Positions 1-12,630 of a DNA stretch of 64,000 nt are shown in pieces. The translations under genes and the position numbers were made by a program. A model generated the notes under the pieces. That model had not been told where the DNA came from. It saw nothing but the letters and a program-made list of their open reading frames with translations, and did no database searches. Every line of letters begins with the position of its first letter. Positions within the stretch are counted from its first letter, which is position 1. The stretch is from Chara braunii (lineage: Eukaryota > Plantae > Charophyceae). The stretch spans positions 9,727,950-9,791,949 of the forward strand of contig BFEA01000002.1 in the NCBI GenBank assembly GCA_003427395.1, read 5' to 3'.

Positions 1-877
1 TACGTAATCGGGCAGCTTCACACGGAAGCTGACCGGGCTAGAAGCCGTATCAGAACCAACGGCCTGGAGGATGCGGCATGGTCCAAAGAAGCGACGCCGA
101 AACTTGCAAAGCGTGTCCGCTTTGAGCTGTAAGTGGCGGGCGTCGATAAACACATCATCACCGACTTTGAATGGATGATCCATCCTCGATCGGTTCGCAC
201 GTGCTGCCATGCGAGTCTGGGAAGCGGCTATGTGCTCATGTGCGGTCTTCATGATCGACGTCATGTGTACAACCCAATCATCCAGCGCGGGACAACTCGC
301 GTCGGGGTGCATCTGTGACGGTCGAAGGAAGTCCGCGGGAACACGAGGGTGATAACCGAGGTCGCAATAGTAAGGCGACATCCCCATGGCTGGCGAGACG
401 GCGTGGTTGTAGGCCATCTCCGTGTGGGCAAGATGGAGATCCCACTGCTGGTCGTCACGAACGATCTTTCGGAGAATATCTCCGCGAGTCCTGTTCGTGA
501 TTTCGGTCTGACCATCAGTCTGAGGATGGTAAGACGAGGAGAAGCGGAGCTGAGTGCCGTACACCTCGTGGAGCCGTCGCCAGAACCGGCTGGTAAAGCG
601 TGGATCACAGTCAGATATGATGCTCAGAGGTAAGCCGTGGTCATGCACGACTCAGTCAAATACGATGTCGGCGACCTCACGTGCACTGATGGCATAGCGG
701 CACGGAACAAAGCGTGCACGCTCCGTGCAGCGGTCGACGACGACCAGGATAGCATCATGACCGCGAGGGGTCGGAGGACGAAGAGGACCGATAAAGTCCA
801 TCGAGATGGACTGCCAACGACCCTCAGGGATAGGAAGAAGCTGGAGCAAACCATAAGGAAGGTGGTTCGCACTGTTC
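1..877 (-). pseudogene. pol: Integrase core and GPY/F region
   Basis: WQSISMDFI, HGLPLSIISDRDPRFTS, YHPQTDGQTE, RFFGPCRI read in one frame through one stop at about 652. Confidence 0.93.
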
Positions 878-1442
878 NNNNNNNNNNNNNNNNNNNNNNN
901 NNNNNNNNNNNNNNNNNNNNNNNNNNNNNNNNNNNNNNNNNNNNNNNNNNNNNNNNNNNNNNNNNNNNNNNNNNNNNNNNNNNNNNNNNNNNNNNNNNNN
1001 NNNNNNNNNNNNNNNNNNNNNNNNNNNNNNNNNNNNNNNNNNNNNNNNNNNNNNNNNNNNNNNNNNNNNNNNNNNNNNNNNNNNNNNNNNNNNNNNNNNN
1101 NNNNNNNNNNNNNNNNNNNNNNNNNNNNNNNNNNNNNNNNNNNNNNNNNNNNNNNNNNNNNNNNNNNNNNNNNNNNNNNNNNNNNNNNNNNNNNNNNNNN
1201 NNNNNNNNNNNNNNNNNNNNNNNNNNNNNNNNNNNNNNNNNNNNNNNNNNNNNNNNNNNNNNNNNNNNNNNNNNNNNNNNNNNNNNNNNNNNNNNNNNNN
1301 NNNNNNNNNNNNNNNNNNNNNNNNNNNNNNNNNNNNNNNNNNNNNNNNNNNNNNNNNNNNNNNNNNNNNNNNNNNNNNNNNNNNNNNNNNNNNNNNNNNN
1401 NNNNNNNNNNNNNNNNNNNNNNNNNNNNNNNNNNNNNNNNNN

Positions 1443-4125
1443 CCGAGTGGTGGACGGTGGTGACCGAGATGGAAGAGAGCTGGATCTGCTCCTGGTCGTG
1501 GTCAGGGCGCCGCGATAAGGCATCTGCGACCCGATTAGTCTCACCCTTGGTGTGCTCAGTGGTGAAACTAAACTCGGATAGGTCGCGCCACCAGCGAGCC
1601 TATCGAGGAGTGAGCTTCGACTTTGTCAGAAAAGCCTGGACAACAGAGTTGTCCGTTCACACCATGAACGGTGCCCCGTGCAGGTAGTGACGCCAGTGCC
1701 GAGCGACATAAACTACTGCAAGAACCTCACGTTCATCAGCGGTGTAGTTTATCTCGGCGGGCAGAAGCTGGCGGGAGTAGAAGGCTATCGGACAATCACC
1801 TGAGCGAGACTCGACAGTGCCGTCCTCGGCGATGGTAGGGGAATAGTCAATGGAAGGCTCGTCAGTAGTTGGACGAGTAGGCGTCAGTCGGGAAACAATG
1901 GTAGGAGTAGGTGGTGGGAAGCGAGGGATATGAGGATGAGAGGAATCAGGAGAGGAGGGGAAGACCTGAGAAAGCACTGCTCCTACAGCAAAGTCTGACG
2001 CATCGGTGGTAAGGATAGAAGGGCGATCAAAATCGGGTAGATGAAGAACCGGTGCGCATGTCACCGCCTTCTTGAGGTTGCAGAAGGCGTCCTCGTGGAG
2101 GGGTGTCCAAGCCCAGGGTGGGTTCTTCCGGAGGAGGGTGGAGGTAAAGACATAGGAATACCTAGCGTATCCCCGTATGAAATTACTATAGTAGTTGGTC
2201 AGGCCTAAGAAGCTGCGAAGCTGCTTGGCGGATGTGGGAGCGGGCCACTCCGCAATAGCAGTGATCTTCGCGCCGTTCATGTGGAGACCCTGGTCAGACA
2301 CGTAGTGTCCTAAGAAATCCACTTTGTGCTGGGCAAAGCGGCACTTGCTCAGCGTGGCGTAAAAACCATGTCTGCACAAGCGGTCAAGGACATCACGGAG
2401 GGGTCGGAGGTGCTCCTCAAGAGTACGACTGTAGACCAGGATATCGTCGAGGTAGACAAGAACGTACTGCTCCAGGATGTCCCTGAAGATGTCATTCATC
2501 GCCCTTTGAAAGGTAGCGGGTGCGTTGGTGAGGCCGAAGGGCATCACCGTAAACTCGTAGTGGCCGAAGCGCGATCGGAACACGGTCTTCGGCTGGTCGG
2601 CTGCAGCGACGCGGATCTAATGGTAACCGCTACGAAGATCAATCTTCGTAAAGAAGCGGTTGCCTGCTAGGCGGTCGAACAACTCATCGGAACGAGGCAT
2701 GGGGTAGCTGTTCTTAACCGTGTAACGGTTGAGACCGCGGTAGTCGATGCAGAGACAAAGATTTCCATCCGCTTTGCGAGCAAAGAGGATGGGTGCACCC
2801 CACGGGGAGTTGTTGGGCTTAATGAAACCCAGTCTCAGGAGTTCCTCAAGCTGACGCTTGAGTTCGGTGGCCTCGGGGATCGAGAGTCTTTAGGGTGCCT
2901 GGTGGTGAACACGATAGTCAGGCACAAGCTCAATGAAGTGCTCGACGTCACGCATCGGTGGGATGCCGGCGTACGAGAACGACGATGGGAAAACGTCGTG
3001 GTACTCTCGGATGAGGTCACGAACTGCGGGCTCCAGGTCAGCCGTATATCGTGCGAGTTCCTCAGCGTCAGCGTCAGCGCGCGACAGCGGGGTGGACTCG
3101 ACGGACGGCGGAGGAACGGAAGTAGAGATGGGAGCCATGGAGATAGAAGAAGGATCTGGCTCCAGAGGAATGAGCTCGGCGTCGGGACAGGGTGAATCAT
3201 AGTGTAAGAGATCCGTCACGTTCACCATGAAGAAGGTGACGTCGTCCTGTCGGATGAAGTGGGCGAACTGTCGAGGCGAGGTGACAGTGATAGAAGGAGA
3301 TGGTGTGGGCATGGAAGGCTCCGGGGGAGGAGGATCGGGGCGTGGTGTTGCGGTGGTACCTATGAAAGGTACGCGATACGTCTGTCCACACTTCGTTTTG
3401 AGAACGAGAGTGTTGGTCGCCCAATCGGCCTCGGTGCTGCGGAACCGGCGAGAACACGGAGTGCCGAAAATGAAGTCGCACCCCGTCTCCATCACATCGA
3501 AATGTGCAGAGGAGCGGTGGCGACGAGACGCCGGGGAACGATCAGTCGGCTCGAGAGTGATGAAGAAAGGGAGGTCGGTGACCGTCTGATCGAAGAAGCG
3601 TTGGGTCTTGTCATCCCCTAAGGTAACGGAGATGGGAGTCGGAGACCCTGTCGTGGGTAAGCGGGCTTCTTTCACCACGCGTGGGTGAATGAAGTCGCCC
3701 TGAGAACCGGAATCCCACAGCGCTGAGTACACCCTCGTGGAGGTCCCGAGTCGTACTGGGATGATCGGGAGGGTGCGATCAGGGTCAGAGAGGATGGCGA
3801 GAAGGCGACGCAGTGTAGCGATATGGAGGGTGAGTCGCTCCTGACGAGCCTGGAGCATGCTCAAGTCCAGAAGAGAGGACACAACGTCCTCGCGAGTAGC
3901 AAGCTGCTCGATGCAACGGGCTGAGCGAATGGCTCGACGCATCGGTAGTCGCGGAGGGGAAGGAGGGGAGACGGTGGTCTGCGGAGGCGCAGACAATACT
4001 GCGACAGAGGGTTGAGTACACTCTGTCGAGTCCTGCGATACCTCAACTCCAGTAGCGAGAGGGGCGAACCACGACGGAGATGTCGGAAAGCCCACTACTG
4101 AGGAGGGCGCAGGTGTACACTGCAC
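1443..4125 (-). pseudogene. pol: Pol: aspartic protease, reverse transcriptase and RNase H
   Basis: ALWDSGS (PR); [33 protein letters not shown] (RT); TDASDFAVGAVL, PIAFYSRQL (RH). Stops near 2890 and 2620. Confidence 0.95.
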
Positions 4126-4130
4126 CGTGG

Positions 4131-5976
4131 CTAGGAGGCGCCGCGGGGATGAGAGGCGTCGGGGGGGGACGGCGCACGACGCACCAGAATAGCCGCGCGC
4201 TCCTCAGCAGAAAGGACACCGCGAGGAGGGACGAAGCCCTGAGGGAGGTCCTCCTGAGGGACCTCGGGGGGCGACGCACCAGCGTGACCGGGCCGGCTGC
4301 GTGCCGGGGAAAGGGTGGAAAGGATGAGCTGGAGGGGCTCAGCCATTGGGAGAGTAGGGTCCTCCAGGTGGTGGTGGACGGCCTTGTCGAGGGCGAGGTC
4401 GGCGCTATGGTCACCCTCTGTTGACAACGGGGCACCAGCGTCCTGCTCACCATACTCGAGCGCGCTGAAGCGGCGCGAGAAGCGGCGGCCCTGCTGCATG
4501 GAACGGCGGGGGCGACCGCGGAAAGGAGAACGGCGCTGGGAAGTGCCGTGAGAGGAGGAGGAGGCGTAGCCCGTGGGCTGAGGCAGGGAGGAGGAGGCGG
4601 GGTGAAGACGGGCTCGCATCCGCTGGTGGTCCTTGGCGGCCTCGTAAGCGTGCGGGACCGATGCGAACTCGTACCGCCATAGCTCGGAGCGGTACTCGAG
4701 CGGAAGGCTGGCCAAGAAACGATCGATAAGGGCAGCCTCGGGGAGGAACGCCACGTCACAAGTGAGGCGGGCGTCCTGAAAGACCTGGATGTGGAGATCC
4801 AGAGCAGCAGCGCCACCAGAGCCAGACCAGCGTGTAGTGACGACACGCTCGAAGGCGTCAGTCACGTCGTATCGGGCTCCGAAGCGATCCTCGAGGAACG
4901 CCTAGGAAATCCATGAAGGTCGGGGTCCGACCCTCACAAAGGGAGTACGCGTAGAAATTCTCCCAGGCCTCGAAAGGACCGCCACGTAGGCGCGTGGAGA
5001 GGTGACCCACCCACGTGTCGGGTGTGGCGCCCATGAGCTGGAGCGTGCGGGTGGCAGACTGCAGCCACCTAGGCACGCGTATGCCTGTACCGTCATACAA
5101 GGCAATGTCCGACAAGCGGATGAGTGGTGCGCCACCGTTTTGGCGGTGAGGGGATCGAGGAGCAGGGGACTGTGCTACGGCTGAATAAGTCGGCGCAGGT
5201 CCTGGAGGAGGGGGCGCAGCTGACTGTACGCCCGGGCCGCATGGTGGAGCAGCGGGGGAAACAGCGGTAGGCTGCACGAGAGCTGCGGTAGAAGAGGTCG
5301 CAGCAACCGAGGGGATGGGGAGGAGGTAGGATGGGGATGGGTAGGGTGCAGGGCGAGGGAAGCGAGCCTGCATGGAAGGAAAAATAGAGGAAGAAGGGGG
5401 TGCACCGGAAGGCGCGGCCACCTGTGAGGGTGGGGGTGGCTGAAGGCGTGAGAGGGCGATGTCGGTCCGGAGCTGGGCGATCTCGTCCTCGAGACCTCGA
5501 ACGTATGTCGAGCGAGGTGTGGCAGGGGAAGACGCACGAGCGACGCGAGGCATCCCACAAGGGGTAGAGCCAGGTGGCACTGCGGTCGTGCGAAGAGGAG
5601 GGAGAAGTGGGGCATTCGGAAAAGCTGCGACCATGGTAGCGGGTTGTGGTACCGTGGCCGTAGTGACCGAGGTCTGGGCGGGTGTGCCCGTAGACTGAGG
5701 GAGGACCTGACTCGTGGCGGCCGTCGTGCTAGGGGCATGGACGGTCACCAAGATGGTTGGGTCAGGGGCAGCGGAGGAGGAAGCTCCACAGTGGCCACCC
5801 TGTTGGAGGACGGGGGATCCAGACTGGAAGCCAGGAGAAGAGATAGGGTGAGGAGAGGAAGGACGACCAGCGTCTTGGAGTTGCCGCACGCCGGCGGCAA
5901 GGGTCGCCACCTGCGCCTGTAAGGGCGCGAGGGTCGCGAGTTGCGCCTGGATGGGCGCAAGGGTTGCGAGTTGCAC
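4131..5976 (-). pseudogene. gag: Gag-like region, frameshifted near 4860
   Basis: ORFs 4858-5976 and 4131-4865. Pro-rich N-terminus, then a capsid-like segment (YDGTGIRVPRWL...LRGGPFEAWE...FLASLPLEYRSEL). Lies directly upstream of the protease. Confidence 0.75.
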
Positions 5977-8120
5977 CTGGATGGGCGCAAGGAGGGAGGT
6001 GAGGAGGGTGTGCAGATCCCCCTGGGGCTAATGACCCTGGTCCACCGGCACGGGTGTAGAGCCCGATGCCGTGGTCATCGTCGTGTCGGCGGCGTGTGAC
6101 ACACCGTCGGCCATGGGGAGATGGCGGACCGGACTGGTGGGACCAGAAGAGGTCCGCGTGAGCGGAGGGCGTAGGGGGAAGTCCGCGGTAGAAAGCGGCG
6201 AACGGTGCTAGCAAGGCTAGCACGGGCGCAGTCAAAGGGGCAGGGGTGGTTCAGGTCCAGGGTGCCCGAAGAGGACGGGGAAGTAGGGGGGTTTTGAAGA
6301 ACCCTAAACCCTACGAAAAACCCTAAGAAAACCCTAACCGAAGTTTAAGTGGTGAGGGTAGGGTACTGGTGACCTAATCAAGAAAGTAAAATAGCGAGCA
6401 TAGGGGGAGGAAGGCGGGAGAAAAACAAATAAACAACGAGATTTTGAGAGAAAATAAAAATAAATAAGAAAATAAAAAAATAATAAAAATAATTAAAGAA
6501 ATAAGTAAAAAGATGTGAAGGGAAAACAATTTTTTTTTTTTTGAAATTTTCGGCAGCATTTTCCTACCCCCCACGAGGTCAAGAATGTGCCAAGGGAAAA
6601 GGAGAGACCAAGGTGAGCACACTAGGTGTCAAGATGCCGCAAAATAAAAAAAGAAATTTCAGAGAATAAATAAAGAAATAATAAATAAATAAATAAATAA
6701 ATAAATAAGTAAATCGGAAAAGACTAAGGGAAAATCAGAAAATTTCGGCAGCACTTCGTTACCCCCACGGGGTCAAAACGTGTGTCGAAAGCAAGAAAGA
6801 CGCCTAATCAGATTTAGGGTTGTCGTAGAGAAAATCGAATTTTCAAAATAAATAGAAAAATAAATAAAATAAATCAAAAAATGAGAAAAGAAGGTGGGAA
6901 AGAAGATATTTCAAATTTTTGGAAAAAGAGAAAATATAAATAAAAAAGGAAGATAGAAAAAAAAAAAAACAGAAAAATCGAAGTAGGGGGGGAAGGGGGG
7001 ATGAGCAAGTGATGGAGAGAAGAAAGAAATAGGTGGGAGAGGGAAAAAGATGGAAGTGGAAGGTAGGGGAATGATGTGGTGGCAGAGGAGGGTGAGAGAA
7101 TGAGAGAGAAAGAGGATGGGGAAAGATGGAGAGTGATCAAGAAACAAAGAGGAAAGGAGGAGAGAAAAGAAAAGAAATAAAGAAAAAGAGGGTAAGATAC
7201 TGGTTAGCGGGAGAAAAGGTGGGGTGGAGAAGGTAAAAAGAGGAGGGGAGAGAGGCAGTGGAAGGTGGGGGAAAGAAAAGGGGAGAGAGAGATGATACCT
7301 GGTCCTTGGTGTCTCCAAGGGCACAAGGTATACCAAGACCAGGAGGGTCTTGGCCTTCGCTGCAGCCAACCAACTGGAGGATATAGGGGGGGGCTGAGAT
7401 CTTGATCAGCCCCTAGTTGCAGCACTGCAGATCCAGGGTGTGCTGTGTGAGCACACCCTGATGAATGATGATGATGATCTAGGGTTGGCTGAGATCTTGA
7501 TCAGCCACCCTGCTGCCACAGTCGCACAGCCCCCTAGCCAGGGGGAAATCTTGAGCTGCTGCAAAGCTGCTACTGCAGCAGTAGAGAGATAGTAAAAAAT
7601 AATAATAATAATGATACTGTGGCGCAGCCCCCTAACCAGGGGGGTTTTCAGTCCACAGCAAAGTGCCACGTGGCACTGCAGGTGGCCACGTGCACAGGCA
7701 GCAGCAGCCAAGGGGGGGGGGGGGGGGGGGTAAATAGTAGCCTCTCCCGTTGCTGCCTCGCTGGCCGCTGCTCGCTGCTCGCCGGCAGGGGCGGGGGGGG
7801 GGGAATAAATAGCCAGCACCTCTTCAACACGAGGTTGCCGCGCTACAAGGCTATGCATAGACTGTGGCCAGTGTGTTATGAGGGTGGTACACGCACGCGC
7901 ATGGGCAGCAGGTGCCTGGGTTCAAACCCTAGCGGCAGCATTGCTTAAAATATAATCTGGGAGCGGGGTGGGGCAGCGTGGGCACGTGGCGTGTGTGCGT
8001 GTGCGGCAGCCTTGGCCTTTTCGCCCGAAAACGCCCGAAAAACAGTCGAAAACCCGACTGTCGGGTTTTGCTGTTTTTCCCTGCTGTGCGGTGTGGTGGG
8101 TGGGAGCGGGGAACGTTCCC

Positions 8121-8132
8121 GCTCCGATACCA
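8121..8132 (-). promoter_or_regulatory. Primer binding site complementary to tRNA-iMet
   Basis: TGGTATCGGAGC, 1 nt after the LTR end; the canonical Met PBS is TGGTATCAGAGC. Confidence 0.9.
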
Positions 8133-8133
8133 A

Positions 8134-8454
8134 TGTAGTGGACCCACCAGGTGTGGTGCTCCGCTAGTGATAGAGATGGAGATGGAGGAAGAAGGGGGGA
8201 GCGAGATGGCACAACGCAGCTCCCCACGCAAGACTCCAACGCACGTACTCCAAAATGTGCAAGTGAAGAATGAGAGCGAAAACAGACAACTGCTGGGGTA
8301 TACCCCAGCGGACTGACGGGACTGGACTGGACTGGCTGGTACCGACAGAGGTACCGGCCTGGACTGGACTGGACTGCCCCCGAATAGAACACAGGCCTGT
8401 GAGAACAGGCCAAGGGGCTGGTCTCACAGGCCAACCAACCAGAGGTCCGCTACA
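8134..8454 (-). repeat. 5' LTR (321 bp) of the Gypsy element
   Basis: Minus strand reads TGTAGCGG...CCACTACA and is followed by a PBS. Homologous to the LTRs at 31934 and 32846. Confidence 0.92.
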
Positions 8455-8491
8455 TTGCCTCTGACAATTCTGCAGCCCGATGTGTACAAAA

Positions 8492-9286
8492 CTAAAAACA
8501 ACCCCCATCCCGAAAAAGTTGCTTAGCATCCTTCAAAAAAACGTTTTTGTCCTCCCATTCAATAATTGACCACCCGAGTAGCTTCCTCAAGCGGCCCCAA
8601 CCGTCAAAAAAGAAACCATCTCCATCAGTTCTTACGATAGCTGAGAAGCGCCTAGATGCTACAGCATCACTCAAAGCACGAACTAACGAGAAGGTTCTGG
8701 CTGGATTTGGGGGAAAAAGAGCACTGCCAGGGGAAACTTCCCAGGATACGAGACTCCTACCGGCTTCAATACCCCATATGTTACCGTTCCCATTTCTCAG
8801 ATGGGCCCTGCGTTCCCTTCTCCCCTTCCTCTTGCTCCTACTTTTCCGTTTCCTTCTCTGCGTGTTGAGAGCCGGTGCCCATCTAGCAATGCAAGAGTGT
8901 TCCACATCTCTAAGCTCATCAGCCGTGGTAGTTAGCAGCGGGATGGCTACGTAATTCTCCCAACCTTTCGCCGTTAGCCATCTCCTTAACTTGTGATTTC
9001 TTCTATAGACGGCCTGACTACCGGACGCAACATGCTCATCCCATCTATCTGAGATTCCTCTGCATGCCGAGCCAATGTACGTCGCCTTGTACCAAGGCGA
9101 GATAAGGACATAAACACAACAACCCTTCCCGTCACAAATGTCGTACCCTCCTTTCACAGACGCTGTCCATCGGTCCAGAAACTTCTCGCCCCATTGTATC
9201 TGACCAGCCAGAATCAGAAGCAGTACGAACAAACGCAATTTTCCCTCCAAACATCTTCTCTGACTCCCTTTATCTGTTCTCATCAA
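8492..9286 (-). pseudogene. GIY-YIG endonuclease ORF, probably the N-terminal endonuclease of a Penelope-like element, cut short near the Gypsy LTR
   Basis: CVYVLISPWYKATYIGS...DRWDEH...RDVEHSCI...PALN matches the GIY-YIG motif order (GIY, YIG, R, H, E, N). Confidence 0.75.
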
Positions 9287-9862
9287 CCAAGCGGCCTGTA
9301 ACCTACGTACCTGCAGCCATAGCCACCCGGGATCACGGTAGGACTCAAGAAGGGTTCTCCTCTTGAGTTTCCTCCGTTGTTTCTTCTACACACTCCTCCT
9401 CCTCCTCCTCCTCCTCTTCCATGCTGTCCCCATAAGCATCCCTCACACGAATAGCCGTCAAGTCATCCACAGCTTGCTTTTTATTGTGGTACTTCATCCA
9501 CAGCCATGTCCACGTCCGCGGCCCAGCGTCCCATAGATACAACCATATCCTAAGGAAACCGGGTCCAGCGTCCCATAGATACAACCATATCCTCACAAAT
9601 TGGCACAAACTGGGAACCGGGCCCAGCATCCCATAACGAGTACGTTCAGAAAACTCATCAGAAAATTTCATGAAAATGAGACAAGGAACTACTAGAAAAA
9701 TCTATATGGCCTAAGGATGGAATTCTGAAAACTGATCTGTGAAAATAAAGCTTTGCGTACATTGCTATCTGAGTAGACCTCTTCATCTGGTCCTACAATG
9801 GCAATCATGACCCTTTTATATGTGGTCCTTGTCACCACGAGTTTCTCCAGTCTTATTCTTTC

Positions 9863-10110
9863 GGGGTTACTTCAGTGGAGTCACAAAAACGAGTTGCAGT
9901 TGCACTATGGGCAAGATACAGTTTGCAATTGCACTTCGGGCATCCTACCTGGCCAGAAAGCTGGGTTGTATACATTGCCCAAACGGCAATTCTAAACTGT
10001 ATCTTGGCCCATATTGCAATTACAACTCATTTTGTGACTCCCGCATAGTTTCCCCTATTCTTGGGGTAACTTCAGCGAAGTCACAAAAACGAGTTATCGT
10101 TGCACGATGG
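9863..10110. mobile_element. Palindromic MITE-like repeat; related copies at 34389-34538 and about 63506-63550
   Basis: GGAGTCACAAAAACGAGTTG...CAACTCATTTTGTGACTCC inverted arms. The same sequence recurs in reverse orientation at 34.4 kb. Confidence 0.65.
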
Positions 10111-12630
10111 GGATTTTGCCTTTTTTTAACATCAGCTTTATTATAGCTGGAAACCCAGCAAAACCTCCCTTACAATAATGACCCGCTCTACAGTTCCTTT
10201 CACTATGGCTGAAGGACCCTGAGACAGAGGGATGATTGCTTTCCTTTTTCGGAAGGATTTACCACTGCTCTGCCCCTGCAAAGATGTCCTCCTGCTTAGT
10301 CGCTCCTCTCAGCCCCCCAGCGAGGGCTAGTAAATACAGTAGTCACAGCGCTCCCTGGCATTATCCCAAAGAAAGGGTCAGGCACCACGGAGAGCTAGGA
10401 TTAAAAGACCACATTCGGCGCCCTGCTCTGGGTGAAGGGGCTCAAGTCTGGACTCTCTCACTGTTTCTTCATATTGTAAGAGGGATGCTGGACCCGTTTT
10501 CCAGCACGTGCAGTTCCCCACCAATAGATGGACTGACCCATACAGAGCATATACNNNNNNNNNNNNNNNNNNNNNNNNNNNNNNNNNNNNNNNNNNNNNN
10601 NNNNNNNNNNNNNNNNNNNNNNNNNNNNNNNNNNNNNNNNNNNNNNNNNNNNNNNNNNNNNNNNNNNNNNNNNNNNNNNNNNNNNNNNNNNNNNNNNNNN
10701 NNNNNNNNNNNNNNNNNNNNNNNNNNNNNNNNNNNNNNNNNNNNNNNNNNNNNNNNNNNNNNNNNNNNNNNNNNNNNNNNNNNNNNNNNNNNNNNNNNNN
10801 NNNNNNNNNNNNNNNNNNNNNNNNNNNNNNNNNNNNNNNNNNNNNNNNNNNNNNNNNNNNNNNNNNNNNNNNNNNNNNNNNNNNNNNNNNNNNNNNNNNN
10901 NNNNNNNNNNNNNNNNNNNNNNNNNNNNNNNNNNNNNNNNNNNNNNNNNNNNNNNNNNNNNNNNNNNNNNNNNNNNNNNNNNNNNNNNNNNNNNNNNNNN
11001 NNNNNNNNNNNNNNNNNNNNNNNNNNNNNNNNNNNNNNNNNNNNNNNNNNNNNNNNNNNNNNNNNNNNNNNNNNNNNNNNNNNNNNNNNNNNNNNNNNNN
11101 NNNNNNNNNNNNNNNNNNNNNNNNNNNNNNNNNNNNNNNNNNNNNNNNNNNNNNNNNNNNNNNNNNNNNNNNNNNNNNNNNNNNNNNNNNNNNNNNNNNN
11201 NNNNNNNNNNNNNNNNNNNNNNNNNNNNNNNNNNNNNNNNNNNNNNNNNNNNNNNNNNNNNNNNNNNNNNNNNNNNNNNNNNNNNNNNNNNNNNNNNNNN
11301 NNNNNNNNNNNNNNNNNNNNNNNNNNNNNNNNNNNNNNNAAAAAAGAATGGGCCCAGTGGGGAGCAGCAGTTTTTGGCAATCTACGCCAAAGTCCTGTTA
11401 CATCAAACATTACAACCGAATATATTTGTGCTGCCAACCGGCGCTAGCACCCCATGGATCAATAACTAATGAAACCAGGCGAGGCGGGGCGGGGCGGGGC
11501 GGTGCACGGGGCAGGGGCGGGGGCGAGGATGGTGGGGGATGAAATCCCATTGATCTGAGAATTGAACTCAAATCCTCCGCCCTCGCTTTCCGAGTACCAT
11601 TATACCACAAGGAACTGCCATGGAGATTTGTTTAATTGCAGCAAGTTGTGGATGTGACTGCTCAGGTCATAACAGACGCTCCGTAACCAATAACCATGAC
11701 ATATAATAACTTCCAGTGTCTTCATAATAATCTCGAATTATCTGGGGCCTGTCACCTGTGGATATATCTCAAGACTGCTGCCCTTTCTTTAAAAAAAAAA
11801 GAAGAAGAAGAAATTTACTTGTTAAGATCGTCTGGCGAGGAAAACCGTGAGATTGCTTTTTTCGATAGATGCTTTTCATAAAAAGGAAGGTTAGATAGGG
11901 TGGACGGGTACAGCTGGATGGGAGAAGGTTGACATTAGCAGCGCTCTTCAACAACCTGCTCAAAGGGAAAAAAAAAAAAAAAAAAAAAACTGCTCAGTTA
12001 ATCCTCTGAACCCAGAGTAATCAATGCTGGCAGGCGTTTTCCAGATACTTTCCTGATTTTTCTCCAGATTTTTCTGACTGTTTTCCAAATCATTCTGTAC
12101 AAGGGACGCTGGACCCGTTTTTCAGCAGTGCTACTGCTACTGGTAAAAGCAGACACACCGCTAGCACCTGGGGAGAGACTCCATCTATTGGTGGGGAGCA
12201 TCACCTGCTGAAAAACGGTTCCAGCGTCCCTTGTACAGAATGATTTGGAAAGCAGTCAGAAAAATCTGGACTTAGGCGTTAGACTAGTGGTCATGTGGGC
12301 CATCTGGACTTAGGAGATGTAGCCAGGCTGTTGAAGGTATGGATGCGCCGGTGCAGATTTATATTTTCTCTTTTTTGTTGTAAATAATCAATCATCAAGT
12401 GCCTACCCGTCAGAAAAGGTTAAGGCCCGCCGCCAGACGGAGGATCAGCCCTTGAGAATGCCTCCAATCTCTTCGTGGGGAGTGTCACATCCTGGGAAGC
12501 GGGCCTGGCATCACTTTGCGTGGAAAAATGCAGTCATACGGATCGCACAGCCTGGATATCATTGATTGGCTTTCTTTCTAAATTACAAGAACACATCGCA
12601 AATATAACTCCGCCGTCTAGGCGTCCCCTA

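Larger units (their letters stand above)
1..8454 (-). mobile_element. Ty3/Gypsy LTR retrotransposon, decayed; 3' part runs off the window
   Basis: Minus-strand order LTR-PBS-leader-gag-PR-RT-RH-IN (Gypsy order). In-frame stops and a frameshift are present. Confidence 0.95.

Noticed and set aside
6374-7425. Hydrophobic Phe/Leu/Ser-rich ORFs
   Set aside because: Translations of the low-complexity purine-rich Gypsy leader.
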